Virus record (IMG/VR): IMGVR_UViG_3300028399_000009
Span: 1 to 53,572 of that record
Source: a virus
Taxonomy: Duplodnaviria > Caudoviricetes
DNA length: 53,572 bases
Direction: 5' to 3' (one strand)
Notes under the pieces: model-generated
Told to the model about the DNA's origin: nothing
The model's database searches: none
The model's input: only the letters and a program-made list of their open reading frames with translations
In this document: piece by piece, positions 28,450-37,531 of the stretch
Layout of the letters: every line of letters starts with the position of its first letter
Position numbering within the stretch: position 1 is the first letter of the stretch
Program-made: the position numbers and the translations under genes

Positions 28450-28946
28450 GAGAACTTATAAAAGGTCATCAGGAGGAAGGCTGGAATGTTCATGCTGTAT
28501 TAAAGTGTAAAGATACTTATATTTACATAGCAGGTAAAAATCTTGTTACTGATGCTGGAGACCAGTATTATGCTGAAAGTGTAGTAGGATCACCCTCTTG
28601 GACTGTTGGAGGAATGAGACTTGGGACAGGAACTACTGCACCCACCAAAACTGATACTGATGTAACAACTGTTCTGGCAGGTTCAGAAAAAGCTATTGAT
28701 ACAGGTTATCCTGTTACTAATGATAGTGATCCTGATAATACAGGTGCAGGTGTTGATGTTGTTACTTGGAGAGTCAGTTATGGAACAGCAGAAGCAAATG
28801 GAACAGGTATTGCTGAAGGTGCAATTGTAGATAATATAACTACACCCACCAAAGCACTCACACATTTCCTATTTGCAACAGCTTTTGATAAAACAAGTAA
28901 TGATACCCTGAAGGTTATAGTTAATCACACCTTTAATGGTGTTTAA
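28416..28946 (+). CDS. Virion structural protein (fibre-attachment-like)
   Basis: NLVTDAG, LGTGTTAP..TD, EANGT.IAE, KTSNDTLKV. Confidence 0.7.
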   Translation: MVWETTSKKKLRELIKGHQEEGWNVHAVLKCKDTYIYIAGKNLVTDAGDQYYAESVVGSPSWTVGGMRLGTGTTAPTKTDTDVTTVLAGSEKAIDTGYPVTNDSDPDNTGAGVDVVTWRVSYGTAEANGTGIAEGAIVDNITTPTKALTHFLFATAFDKTSNDTLKVIVNHTFNGV

Positions 28947-28948
28947 TA

Positions 28949-29293
28949 ATGTCAGCAGTTAAACCTATAACATCTGTTAAAGGAGATAGTCTATTTATTG
29001 ATGTAAAGGTTAATACTGACTTAACAAACTGGAAGATTAGAGCTGAACTTTATGATAGTAATAATAATGTTAAAAAGGGAAGCAGTAATGTATTGAATGG
29101 AGATATAACACAGATAGATATTACAGATCCTCCTAATGGCATGTTTACTATAAAATTCTATCCATCAGAGACAGTGTTGTTTGATAATGCATACCTTGAG
29201 GTTGAACTTGAAGATCCAGATGGAAATAAATATACTGTTATTCAAACCAAAGTTTATTTCAGAGCAGAGAAGATTACTTGGGATGCTGTTTAA
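28949..29293 (+). CDS. BppU N-terminal-like baseplate/fibre adaptor
   Basis: KGDS, DLTNW, ITDPPNG.F.I. Confidence 0.6.
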   Translation: MSAVKPITSVKGDSLFIDVKVNTDLTNWKIRAELYDSNNNVKKGSSNVLNGDITQIDITDPPNGMFTIKFYPSETVLFDNAYLEVELEDPDGNKYTVIQTKVYFRAEKITWDAV

Positions 29294-29630
29294 TAATTAT
29301 TTCTAATTCTCTTGCATAATTATCCAGTTTATATAAATTTTTCAATAAAATTTTTGCATTATTTTTATCTACACAATAATACTTATTTATTTTTATCCAT
29401 TTTACTTCCTCTAATACAGGTCTTTCAGGTATATTTTCTATTTTATGCTTAATATATACAGGTTCTTTAATTACAACAGGTTTATTATTTTCTTTTTTAG
29501 CTGAACAACCAAATATTGTGGAAAAAAGTATAATAAGTATAAAAATAAAATAACCTATAATGACAGATAAAGCTACAACCCTGATGATTTCAAGTATCTT
29601 ATAACCTATCAATTTCATCAAGTTTCTCAT
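29274..29630 (-). CDS. o-spanin (Rz1-like lipoprotein)
   Basis: Hydrophobic signal ending in lipobox IFGC; Pro-rich mature part; last gene of the lysis cassette. Confidence 0.75.
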   Translation of the reverse strand: MRNLMKLIGYKILEIIRVVALSVIIGYFIFILIILFSTIFGCSAKKENNKPVVIKEPVYIKHKIENIPERPVLEEVKWIKINKYYCVDKNNAKILLKNLYKLDNYARELEIIIKQHPK

Positions 29631-29907
29631 CTAACTTTTTCCTCCTTTCTAACAGTTTTTTACATATATTATCTTTATTTTCAATTTCTTTTTTAAGCTG
29701 TTTAATAATGTTCAAATATTTGTCTTCCAAAGATTTCATATTCTCAATTAAAATTTTATTTTCTTTTTTAATATTTTCATTCATTATATTTAATTTTTCA
29801 ATCTGTTGATCCTGATAAACAATATAAAATGCTAATAAAACAATAATGATTATATTACTTGCGATTAGTAACATTTTTAATGACCTCACCAATTTTATTA
29901 ATCCCAT
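29599..29907 (-). CDS. i-spanin (Rz-like)
   Basis: N-terminal TM then coiled coil; likely start MLLIAS. Confidence 0.75.
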   Translation of the reverse strand: MGLIKLVRSLKMLLIASNIIIIVLLAFYIVYQDQQIEKLNIMNENIKKENKILIENMKSLEDKYLNIIKQLKKEIENKDNICKKLLERRKKLDEKLDEIDRL

Positions 29908-30085
29908 ACAAACCTCCTGCTAAACCTGCTATTACTGTGGGAAGATCTATAAATCTATTGTTTTTTATAGACAGATAGGTAATTATACACATAGACCACA
30001 TGAGGAGAATAAAACCTGTTATTCTTGAAAAAGAAAGTTTACCATTATCTTCTTTGAACATGCTACCCTTTTTACCATCCTTCAT
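29855..30085 (-). CDS. Holin, two TM
   Basis: GKLSFSR followed by two TM helices; adjacent to the endolysin. Confidence 0.7.
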   Translation of the reverse strand: MKDGKKGSMFKEDNGKLSFSRITGFILLMWSMCIITYLSIKNNRFIDLPTVIAGLAGGLYGINKIGEVIKNVTNRK

Positions 30086-30572
30086 TCAGTTCTCTCCATA
30101 CCCTATTATTAAGATAATCTAACAATTTATCCTCTTCAACATCATTATCTACATCAAAAGGATATTTACCATATCTCATAGCATAAGCCAGTTCATCTGC
30201 TCTTCTGCCAACCTGCTTAGCCCACAGGGAGTTTAACATTTCCTCACTTGCTTTCTCATAATCTTTTTTCCTGATATTAAATAAAAAATTTTTAAAAGTT
30301 TTTAATTTATAACCAAGATTAAATGCCATATTTATCATAACCTCCTGTCTAACATCATCCAGTTCCACCCATTCAGGTATGATCTCATCCAGAACATTAA
30401 TAGCTCTATCTATATCATTCTGCAACATATACAGAGCCTCATCTTTGCTAATACCAACATCATCAAGGTTTCTTCCTACTCCTATTGTAAATTTCCCTTT
30501 TGTATCCCTATAAGGCTTTAGCTTAAGCCCTTCATATTTTATGAGTATCTTTTTTAATCTGTTAATATTCAT
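30072..30572 (-). CDS. Endolysin, T4-lysozyme-like (GH24)
   Basis: EGLKLKPYRDT..TIGVGRNL, NMAFNLG, SLWAKQVGRRA. Confidence 0.93.
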   Translation of the reverse strand: MNINRLKKILIKYEGLKLKPYRDTKGKFTIGVGRNLDDVGISKDEALYMLQNDIDRAINVLDEIIPEWVELDDVRQEVMINMAFNLGYKLKTFKNFLFNIRKKDYEKASEEMLNSLWAKQVGRRADELAYAMRYGKYPFDVDNDVEEDKLLDYLNNRVWRELNEGW

Positions 30573-31021
30573 GTCTGCACCTCCATGTAGTATTTAATTA
30601 ATAATAATGCTTCTGCCTGACCATCATCTTTAACTTTAAAATCTGTATTAAAAATTTTATTACATAAATTAACAGATTGTTTTTTATTTCTTTTCAGATT
30701 AAAATATTTTTTCCATTTTTGAGGTGAAACATAAACAACTTCTTTTATCATACTTTCACATAAAGCAGATATTACACCAAACCCATAACCAAATGTAAAT
30801 GCTCCAACATTACCATCTGAGGGGATAGACCACACCCTTTCAATAACAGCAATATCAGGTTTATTATTTTTAATTATTTTATAAATTTTTTTAATATCAT
30901 AAGTTTTTTTATTTTTATTTATAATTACTGGCATTCTATATGTTTTAATTTCTTTATCTTTATTATACACAGCTATTCCTCCATTCAAACCAACATCAAA
31001 ACCAATTATAGTTTTTCTCAT
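30569..31021 (-). CDS. RuvC-like Holliday junction resolvase
   Basis: IGFDVGLNGG, IERV, FTFG, PQKWKK, DGQAEALL. Confidence 0.88.
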   Translation of the reverse strand: MRKTIIGFDVGLNGGIAVYNKDKEIKTYRMPVIINKNKKTYDIKKIYKIIKNNKPDIAVIERVWSIPSDGNVGAFTFGYGFGVISALCESMIKEVVYVSPQKWKKYFNLKRNKKQSVNLCNKIFNTDFKVKDDGQAEALLLIKYYMEVQT

Positions 31022-31352
31022 CTTTCATTATTTCCTTTGGCAGTCTTCCAATAATATTAATATACTTAATAACATCAGGGTTTTGCTTTCTGAGAAAACC
31101 ATATACAATTCTTGAAGCTGAAATTAACTTATCAATATTTACATCAGGTTTATAATCAAGTATCAGTTCAATATAATTCCTGTTGTGTGAATATCTATAC
31201 CTACAGTCTGTAATATAAGCATAATCAAGGGAAACAATAATACCACATAAACTTTTAACAACAACCTTTAATTCAGCAAGTATATCATCTTTTATCCTTC
31301 CCTCAAGTTGATTAAATACATATTCCAATTTTGTCATGTTAAACCTCCTCAT
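30996..31352 (-). CDS. Hypothetical protein
   Basis: Coupled ORF in the operon. Confidence 0.55.
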   Translation of the reverse strand: MRRFNMTKLEYVFNQLEGRIKDDILAELKVVVKSLCGIIVSLDYAYITDCRYRYSHNRNYIELILDYKPDVNIDKLISASRIVYGFLRKQNPDVIKYINIIGRLPKEIMKDEKNYNWF

Positions 31353-33217
31353 ATATAAATTTTAGTCTTCAAATATAGATTATTAGCATCATATTCATCT
31401 ATATCCAGATAATTCATTAAACCATTAATAATATAGTTTTTATCTTCATGTCCAAACTTATTAATACTCTCTGTTATCAGGAATTCTGTAAAATAATAAG
31501 GATTTATGTTTTTATCTACTTCCATAAATTGTAATAGCATTTTCCCACTTTCATTCCTCTTTTTAAACCTGACATATTTTATAACATCAAACCATGAACC
31601 AAGATCAAATAAACCTGTATCATAAGCAGTTTGTTTTTTATATTTTTTCATACCATAAATAAATCCAGCAAATCTTGTAAAAACGTTAGATCCTGCAATA
31701 TCATCAAGGGTTATATCACTATCATCATCCTGTTTATATGTCTTTTTTCTGAAGTGATGTATAACAATAACAGCTTTATTTTTTTCACCCGCCATGTAGT
31801 TCAGGAATTGTATAACAGGTTTAACCTCACTTGATTTTTCTTCTGATATACTGTGGAATGCTGATATGCTGTCTATAATAATTACATCAGGGTTAACATA
31901 ATCAACAGTAGAAAGAAATAAATCCTGACCTTCTTTTTTGGATATATCTGCTATATAACCCACCCTTTCTATATCATGTTTATTTACAATCACAATATTA
32001 TCATTCAAAATATTAATATCATCAAAATCTGTGATCATCATGTTAAATCTATGCTTAATGGAATTTTTATTCATATCACCTTCAAATATGAGAATTTTAC
32101 TTCTGGAGGAGGGATAAACATTAAACACCTCTTTACCCTGAGCAAGTTTAATAGCAAGATAAATTAATAACCATGTTTTACCCACTTTAGGCTGTCCAGA
32201 AATAATTGTGAGATAGCCCTTAGCCAGAAATGAAGGAATTACCCATTTTACCTCCTCCCTTTCAGACATCAGATCTTTGAAGGTTTTAACAAGATTAGAC
32301 ATTTTTATTTCTTCTACACTTATATACCTTTCACTATCATCAACAACAACATTCTGTTTTAATAAAAGATCTTCAAACCTGTTAATTAATTTTAAAAGGT
32401 AATCATCTCCAACTTCTTTTATTTTTGTGATAAATGATCCTGATCCTCTCTTATGTTCAAGTTTTACTGCTCTTTCATATACAGATTTTGTTAAATATTC
32501 ATCATATTCATCTTGATAAATTATTTTGAAACATTCCAGACATTCTTCCTTATGTAATTTGTGATCAACAAGATAACCCATGAAGGAAAGATCTATATCC
32601 TCATACCCAGCAAAAACCTCATTCAGATATAACCATCTCAATCTCCAGCAGATAGCTTCTTTAACCTCTTCATAATTATTCATATCAACAGGTTCAAGAA
32701 ATGTAGGTAAAACATCTATACTGTTAAAATCAATCTCATCATTAACCCATCTCCTATTATTACTTGGGGAAACAACAATATAACTTTCTTCACCTTTTCT
32801 ATATGCTGATAAAATAATACCAATTTTTGTGATTATATTTGATCTATTTGTTATTTTATTATTATTTAATTTAAAAATTATATGACCACCAAAATTACTG
32901 ATATGTTCAAGCCTGTTAAAATCATATAAATTAAAAAAGTCATGAATATATGTCCATTCTTCACCCTCAATATCAAGAGCAACATAACTATCAGGTATAA
33001 CTAAACCTATCCATCCATTATTATTTAACCAATTTTCAAATTCATATAATTTATCTTCAGTTAATATTTCAGCTTCTTTCCATTTACCAACAGGTTCTTT
33101 AGCTTTTCTGTAATTTTTTTCAGGATTATAGTCAGGATGATAACCCTTACATTTAATAATTTTTAAACCTATATATTTTTGTAATATTGTTGTATCTATC
33201 ATCCATTTTCCTCCCAA
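31349..33217 (-). CDS. Primase-helicase: Prim-Pol-like N-terminus plus RepA/AAA_25 helicase
   Basis: ALDIE, GGHIIF, YIVVSPS; Walker A GQPKVGKT, IIIDS, IHHFRK, IAGS. Confidence 0.88.
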   Translation of the reverse strand: MGGKWMIDTTILQKYIGLKIIKCKGYHPDYNPEKNYRKAKEPVGKWKEAEILTEDKLYEFENWLNNNGWIGLVIPDSYVALDIEGEEWTYIHDFFNLYDFNRLEHISNFGGHIIFKLNNNKITNRSNIITKIGIILSAYRKGEESYIVVSPSNNRRWVNDEIDFNSIDVLPTFLEPVDMNNYEEVKEAICWRLRWLYLNEVFAGYEDIDLSFMGYLVDHKLHKEECLECFKIIYQDEYDEYLTKSVYERAVKLEHKRGSGSFITKIKEVGDDYLLKLINRFEDLLLKQNVVVDDSERYISVEEIKMSNLVKTFKDLMSEREEVKWVIPSFLAKGYLTIISGQPKVGKTWLLIYLAIKLAQGKEVFNVYPSSRSKILIFEGDMNKNSIKHRFNMMITDFDDINILNDNIVIVNKHDIERVGYIADISKKEGQDLFLSTVDYVNPDVIIIDSISAFHSISEEKSSEVKPVIQFLNYMAGEKNKAVIVIHHFRKKTYKQDDDSDITLDDIAGSNVFTRFAGFIYGMKKYKKQTAYDTGLFDLGSWFDVIKYVRFKKRNESGKMLLQFMEVDKNINPYYFTEFLITESINKFGHEDKNYIINGLMNYLDIDEYDANNLYLKTKIYI

Positions 33218-33432
33218 ATAATGACTATTTCATCAAAAATGAAATTTTTTATTTTTTTATATGCATTAATTACTTTTTCTTCACTTTTTTCATGGAATTC
33301 TATACTATTTCCTCCAATAAAATAAATAGCAAGAACATGACAACTATGACCATCTTCATAATGAACATACTTTTTTATTGCTGTAATAGTATCAACATTT
33401 ATTATATATCGTCCAACTTGTAAACCTTTCAT
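33199..33432 (-). CDS. Small hypothetical protein (paralog family A)
   Basis: SD AAGGAGGT; LQVGRYIINVDTI. Confidence 0.65.
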   Translation of the reverse strand: MKGLQVGRYIINVDTITAIKKYVHYEDGHSCHVLAIYFIGGNSIEFHEKSEEKVINAYKKIKNFIFDEIVIIWEENG

Positions 33433-33486
33433 GTTCCTACCTCCTTAAAAAAAAAGAAAAAGGGAGGGAAGAGGAAGCTATGGGAT

Positions 33487-33729
33487 TTAATATTTACTGA
33501 GTTCATGGATAAGCTCATTATACTTTTTTCTGGCTGTAATATAAGTTTTAAACTCCATGGCACAAACCCAGTTATTATAACTTTTTAGCTTTACAAATAT
33601 ACAGTATGTTATCATGTTGTCATCTTCATAAGTCTTTTTAACAAACTTGGCACCTGCAAAGTCATCAATACTGCAAACAACATCACCTACCTGTAAAAAC
33701 CTGTTGTTAACCATATTAATCTCACCCAT
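33487..33729 (-). CDS. Small hypothetical protein (paralog family A)
   Basis: FLQVGDVVCSIDDF. Confidence 0.6.
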   Translation of the reverse strand: MGEINMVNNRFLQVGDVVCSIDDFAGAKFVKKTYEDDNMITYCIFVKLKSYNNWVCAMEFKTYITARKKYNELIHELSKY

Positions 33730-33731
33730 AT

Positions 33732-33959
33732 CTATAACCTCCTGTTGATTTCAGAAACAGCCCTTAAAATAACTTCAGTTTCATATTTATTTATCCCCTT
33801 CTTATCTTTCAAAAATCTTCTTGCAATTATAAAAGCATCAAGATTATCAAATATATATTTCATATCATCTTCTCCAAAATAATCAATAATAGCATTCAGA
33901 AACATATCAATTGTATTCATACTTTCCCTCTTTGTTTTTGCCTGATGTGTTATACCCAT
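33732..33959 (-). CDS. Small hypothetical protein (tandem paralog B)
   Basis: IIDYFGEDD..I..NLD.F. Confidence 0.65.
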   Translation of the reverse strand: MGITHQAKTKRESMNTIDMFLNAIIDYFGEDDMKYIFDNLDAFIIARRFLKDKKGINKYETEVILRAVSEINRRL

Positions 33960-34167
33960 TCTTTACCTCCTCTATTACTCTATATATCTGCTCTATATCC
34001 TCATCACTTAACATTCTCGTTTTGAAGAATAAATAAATATAAACAGTATTAAAAACATCAAGATTCCTCATAATGAAATTAAAATCATCTTCACCAAAAT
34101 ACTCTATCATAGTGCTTATAAATTCATTTATTGCCATTTTAGTTTTTAACCAGTTGTTTAAACTCAT
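33907..34167 (-). CDS. Small hypothetical protein (tandem paralog B)
   Basis: MIEYFGEDD..I..NLD.F. Confidence 0.65.
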   Translation of the reverse strand: MSLNNWLKTKMAINEFISTMIEYFGEDDFNFIMRNLDVFNTVYIYLFFKTRMLSDEDIEQIYRVIEEVKNGYNTSGKNKEGKYEYN

Positions 34168-34397
34168 ATACCATCCTCCTTATTTTTAGCCATAGATGAT
34201 ACTATAAAATCCCTGATGACTGTTAGCAGTATTGGTAGTGTTTTTATACCTTCATTCTCAAATTCAGAATTAACATGAATTAAGTATTTAGGTTCTCCCT
34301 CATTACCAACATGAATAATCTCAGCCTTATAAAAACCTTCTGGGGTCTTAATTGACAGCTCTATAATCTCCTCATTAAGTAGTTTTAACATCTTCAT
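34164..34397 (-). CDS. Hypothetical protein
   Basis: Coupled ORF with SD. Confidence 0.55.
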   Translation of the reverse strand: MKMLKLLNEEIIELSIKTPEGFYKAEIIHVGNEGEPKYLIHVNSEFENEGIKTLPILLTVIRDFIVSSMAKNKEDGI

Positions 34398-34638
34398 TAT
34401 TTATTACCTCCATATTTATAGTTCTACATGGGGTTATAAATACATAATCATCTTCAATATTAACTCTGGCATTTATACATTTTCTAACATGATTGTAATT
34501 TGTCAAATAAATATAGCTAACATATTCCCTGCTGTTAATTTTTATAACTACATTATCCCTATCAATAGTAATATTTACAGACTGCTTAATATCAGTAATA
34601 TTAATTTCATAAGTTAAATTACCATAGAATATTCGCAT
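34375..34638 (-). CDS. Hypothetical protein
   Basis: Coupled ORF with SD. Confidence 0.55.
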   Translation of the reverse strand: MRIFYGNLTYEINITDIKQSVNITIDRDNVVIKINSREYVSYIYLTNYNHVRKCINARVNIEDDYVFITPCRTINMEVINNEDVKTT

Positions 34639-34999
34639 TTATCACCCCCTTTATTAATTCTGGAGTTTCATAAACATTACCTACAACTTCACAAAGCACA
34701 GGTAAAACGGTATGTATCTCACAACATCCACAACCATCCCCTTTTGAGAATGGATAGAAACCAACTCTTTCAAAATCATAATAGACTATGTAGTGATAAC
34801 CATAATCAGTTTTAACAATATCATACTCATAAATCTCCCTTTTGTTTTTGTCAAGTATCCCTGTTGAGATCATAAATTCCACATCTCCATGATCATACCA
34901 AGGCAGTCTCACAACTCCAAAGTTTTCAGGATAAACCATCATCCTCCTTTTCTTATCATAAATTCTGAACTTGTAAATCTTCATATGTAAACCTCCCAT
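34619..34999 (-). CDS. YopX family protein
   Basis: KFRIYD, TGILDKNKREIYEYDIV, EVVGNVYETPEL. Confidence 0.88.
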   Translation of the reverse strand: MGGLHMKIYKFRIYDKKRRMMVYPENFGVVRLPWYDHGDVEFMISTGILDKNKREIYEYDIVKTDYGYHYIVYYDFERVGFYPFSKGDGCGCCEIHTVLPVLCEVVGNVYETPELIKGVINANILW

Positions 35000-35679
35000 T
35001 TATATTCATCATTTTGTCTTATTAATCTTGCTAATGTTGTATATTTAGGAAATTTTCTGCTTCTATAAACAAAAATATCAGTTATGGTTTTTTGATTATT
35101 TTGAAAGATATTAAAAGTCATAATGCATTCTTTAAAAAAATACAACATTTTATCTCCCATAGGAGGACAATCAAGAAATTTATATTGTCTATTCCAGCCT
35201 TTAGGTTGATATACAATATAATCTGTTTTTCCTAATTCAGATGTTGGTTGATTTATTATAAAGAAGTAAATCTTTTTCTTAGCTGATAAAATTTTAAATT
35301 TATAAGCTAAAGATTGCATATTCAAAAGTATATTTCCTCTACCTTGTAAATTCATAGTTGCAAATTCTCCGAGCACAGGTAAACCTATACTATCAAGTAT
35401 AACCCAATTATAATCATTAGTTTCTAAATCATCAATTAAATAAAAAAGTTCTTCAAATATAGGAGTATAAATATATTTAACACCAATTTTATTAAATTCA
35501 TCAATTATTTCATTAGTAAGATTTTTTTCTGTGTCTATATATAAAACTTTTTTTTCTTCTTTTGTAAGTTCTTTTGCTATTTGTGTTGCAATATAACTTT
35601 TTTGAGTTCCACTTCCTCCAAATAATTCAATAAGATCAGGAGACCCTAATAAATTTGTAAACAATTGATATAATCTCAT
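34981..35679 (-). CDS. RecA/RadB-like (Sak4-type) ATPase, recombinase
   Basis: IELFGGSGTQKS, VLYIDTE, VILDSIG, IINQ. Confidence 0.8.
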   Translation of the reverse strand: MRLYQLFTNLLGSPDLIELFGGSGTQKSYIATQIAKELTKEEKKVLYIDTEKNLTNEIIDEFNKIGVKYIYTPIFEELFYLIDDLETNDYNWVILDSIGLPVLGEFATMNLQGRGNILLNMQSLAYKFKILSAKKKIYFFIINQPTSELGKTDYIVYQPKGWNRQYKFLDCPPMGDKMLYFFKECIMTFNIFQNNQKTITDIFVYRSRKFPKYTTLARLIRQNDEYKWEVYI

Positions 35680-36515
35680 ACTTTCACCTCCTTTTCTTTT
35701 CTATATAAATGTTTTAATAGTTTTTCAAAATTATTTTTCTTTCTTTCAATAAATAAAAATGAAGGTGAAGAATAAATCCACTTATAAAATTTTAATATAT
35801 TTTCTCTATTTGTAAAAGAAATTTTATAACATTCTTTTTTCACTTTATATATATTAGGATATAAATTATTATTAATAAAAATATTATAAATATCATCTAC
35901 AAAAGATTTTGAACAATTAAAAATACTACAATCAAAAGAATATTTCCATGTTTTTTCTTTCAAATAAATTCCAACACATCCATCGCCATCAAACACTCCT
36001 CTTATAAAATCAGCTTGATATTCTTTTGGTATTGGTTTTTTAAGTTTTAAAATTCTTGATTTATTAGGTATTATACCATAATCAATTAACCAATCTCTAA
36101 AATATAAATTATTTATAATTAATTTCCATGATTCTAAATCATTCCTTTTTTTAGAAAAATAGCATTTCCCCTGAAAAACAATATCAATTTTATTTAAAAT
36201 CTTAATTTCTTTTTGAACTATACTTACTGTTTTTCTTTTCTTATGAACACAACCATCTGTTGCAATAAAACCAACAATATACCAAAAATCATGGGGGTTT
36301 TTTCTTATTATATTATTTAATTCTTCTTTTGATTCTTCATATCCTAAATAACATTTTTTATATTTTAAACCTAATTTTCTCAAATTTGTTCTTATGCTAT
36401 GTTGTGTTCTATTTAATATTAATGCTAATTCACTAATAGTAAATTTATATGAATTTTCCTTTAACCACATTATTTCATCCAAAGTCCATTTTTTCCATGT
36501 TTTCTTCTTTTTCAT
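35676..36515 (-). mobile_element. Free-standing LAGLIDADG homing endonuclease
   Basis: Two motifs YIVGFIATDGCV and FIRGVFDGDGCV; N-terminal WTxDE HTH. Confidence 0.9.
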
Positions 36516-36982
36516 ATAACACTACCTCCTGTTAGCTTCTCAGGTGTAAATGATAAATACTGCATAATAACATCTTCATCTATTCTTAACTCTGGAGAGT
36601 TCTGAACTTTAAAAACATATTTCCTCCTATTATCATCAAGCTGTATAACATTTGTGAGTATTATTCTTACCCCATGTAGTATTTTACCTCTCCTTTCTAA
36701 TGCTTCCAGTTTAATCCTCAAATCAGCAGGTATTGAGAAGGCTAAACATGGTGGTTCGTCTTCATTATAAGGAGGTTGTTTAAGCAGTAATCCCAGAATT
36801 TTACCATTTTTAGTTTTTCTTATCCCAATATAATAACCTTCAATCTCTTTATCTTTTTCCCAGTTAACATATTCCCACTCTTTTCTATACTGTTGTTGAC
36901 TATTATTTTCTTCTTCAACTGTTATTTCTTCCCACTTAGCATTATCCCACACATGATTTTTCCTTATTCTCTTTTTAGCCAT
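36512..36982 (-). CDS. Putative single-stranded DNA-binding (OB-fold) protein
   Basis: EIEGYYIG...LRIKLE...VRII...YVFKV pattern; upstream of the recombinase; ATG 36982 behind AGGAGGTG. Confidence 0.5.
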   Translation of the reverse strand: MAKKRIRKNHVWDNAKWEEITVEEENNSQQQYRKEWEYVNWEKDKEIEGYYIGIRKTKNGKILGLLLKQPPYNEDEPPCLAFSIPADLRIKLEALERRGKILHGVRIILTNVIQLDDNRRKYVFKVQNSPELRIDEDVIMQYLSFTPEKLTGGSVI

Positions 36983-37409
36983 TATGAAACACCTCCTTTT
37001 CAAGTTTTTCTACAATATTTAAATACCAATCAAAATCTATAACATAATCATTATTTTCATATTCATAATCAATAATTTTTCTTTCAACTTTTTTATAGTA
37101 TTCTGAATATATATAAAAACATTCTTTATTATCCCTGTTCTTTTTATATTCACATCCATCACAAAATTCTTCTCTGGGATATTTCTGCTTTAAACAAAAA
37201 GGAGAAACTTCTGGAGGAATATTTGCAATTATAAACATAAAAAGATTTCTATTTATTTTATCCCAAATTCTCTTACAATCATCTTCAGACCAATTTATAA
37301 TACAATTTTTATCTTTTTCATTAAAATAATCTTCCTTTTTTACACCTGCTTTTTCCAATTCTTTTGCCTGCTCTTCCATAAACCTTATTAACAGAGTTTT
37401 ATACATCAT
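36975..37409 (-). CDS. Cys-containing hypothetical protein
   Basis: SPFC..CDGCEY..C; the track start (TTG 37448) is the -35 box, so the start is moved downstream. Confidence 0.6.
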   Translation of the reverse strand: MMYKTLLIRFMEEQAKELEKAGVKKEDYFNEKDKNCIINWSEDDCKRIWDKINRNLFMFIIANIPPEVSPFCLKQKYPREEFCDGCEYKKNRDNKECFYIYSEYYKKVERKIIDYEYENNDYVIDFDWYLNIVEKLEKEVFHNG

Positions 37410-37419
37410 GGTGATCATA

Positions 37420-37485
37420 ACTATAATACCTGCTTCCAGAATTGTCAATAAGACTTTCTTATACTTGTTATAAGTATGGCTTATA
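37420..37485 (-). promoter_or_regulatory. Promoter with triple-box operator (site A)
   Basis: On -: TATAAG-N5-CTTATA-N5-TATAAG-N9-TTGACA-N17-TATAGT. Confidence 0.8.
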
Positions 37486-37531
37486 TTAGCTTATAAGTAT
37501 ATGCTAAAATGTGTAAAGGAGGTTAACAGTT

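Noticed and set aside
18086-29293. Diversity-generating retroelement or invertible fibre cassette
   Set aside because: No reverse transcriptase, invertase or template/variable repeat pair seen.
35676-36515. Group I intron or intein around the LAGLIDADG gene
   Set aside because: Neighbouring genes are intact and overlap it directly; no splice-junction residues or room for intron RNA.
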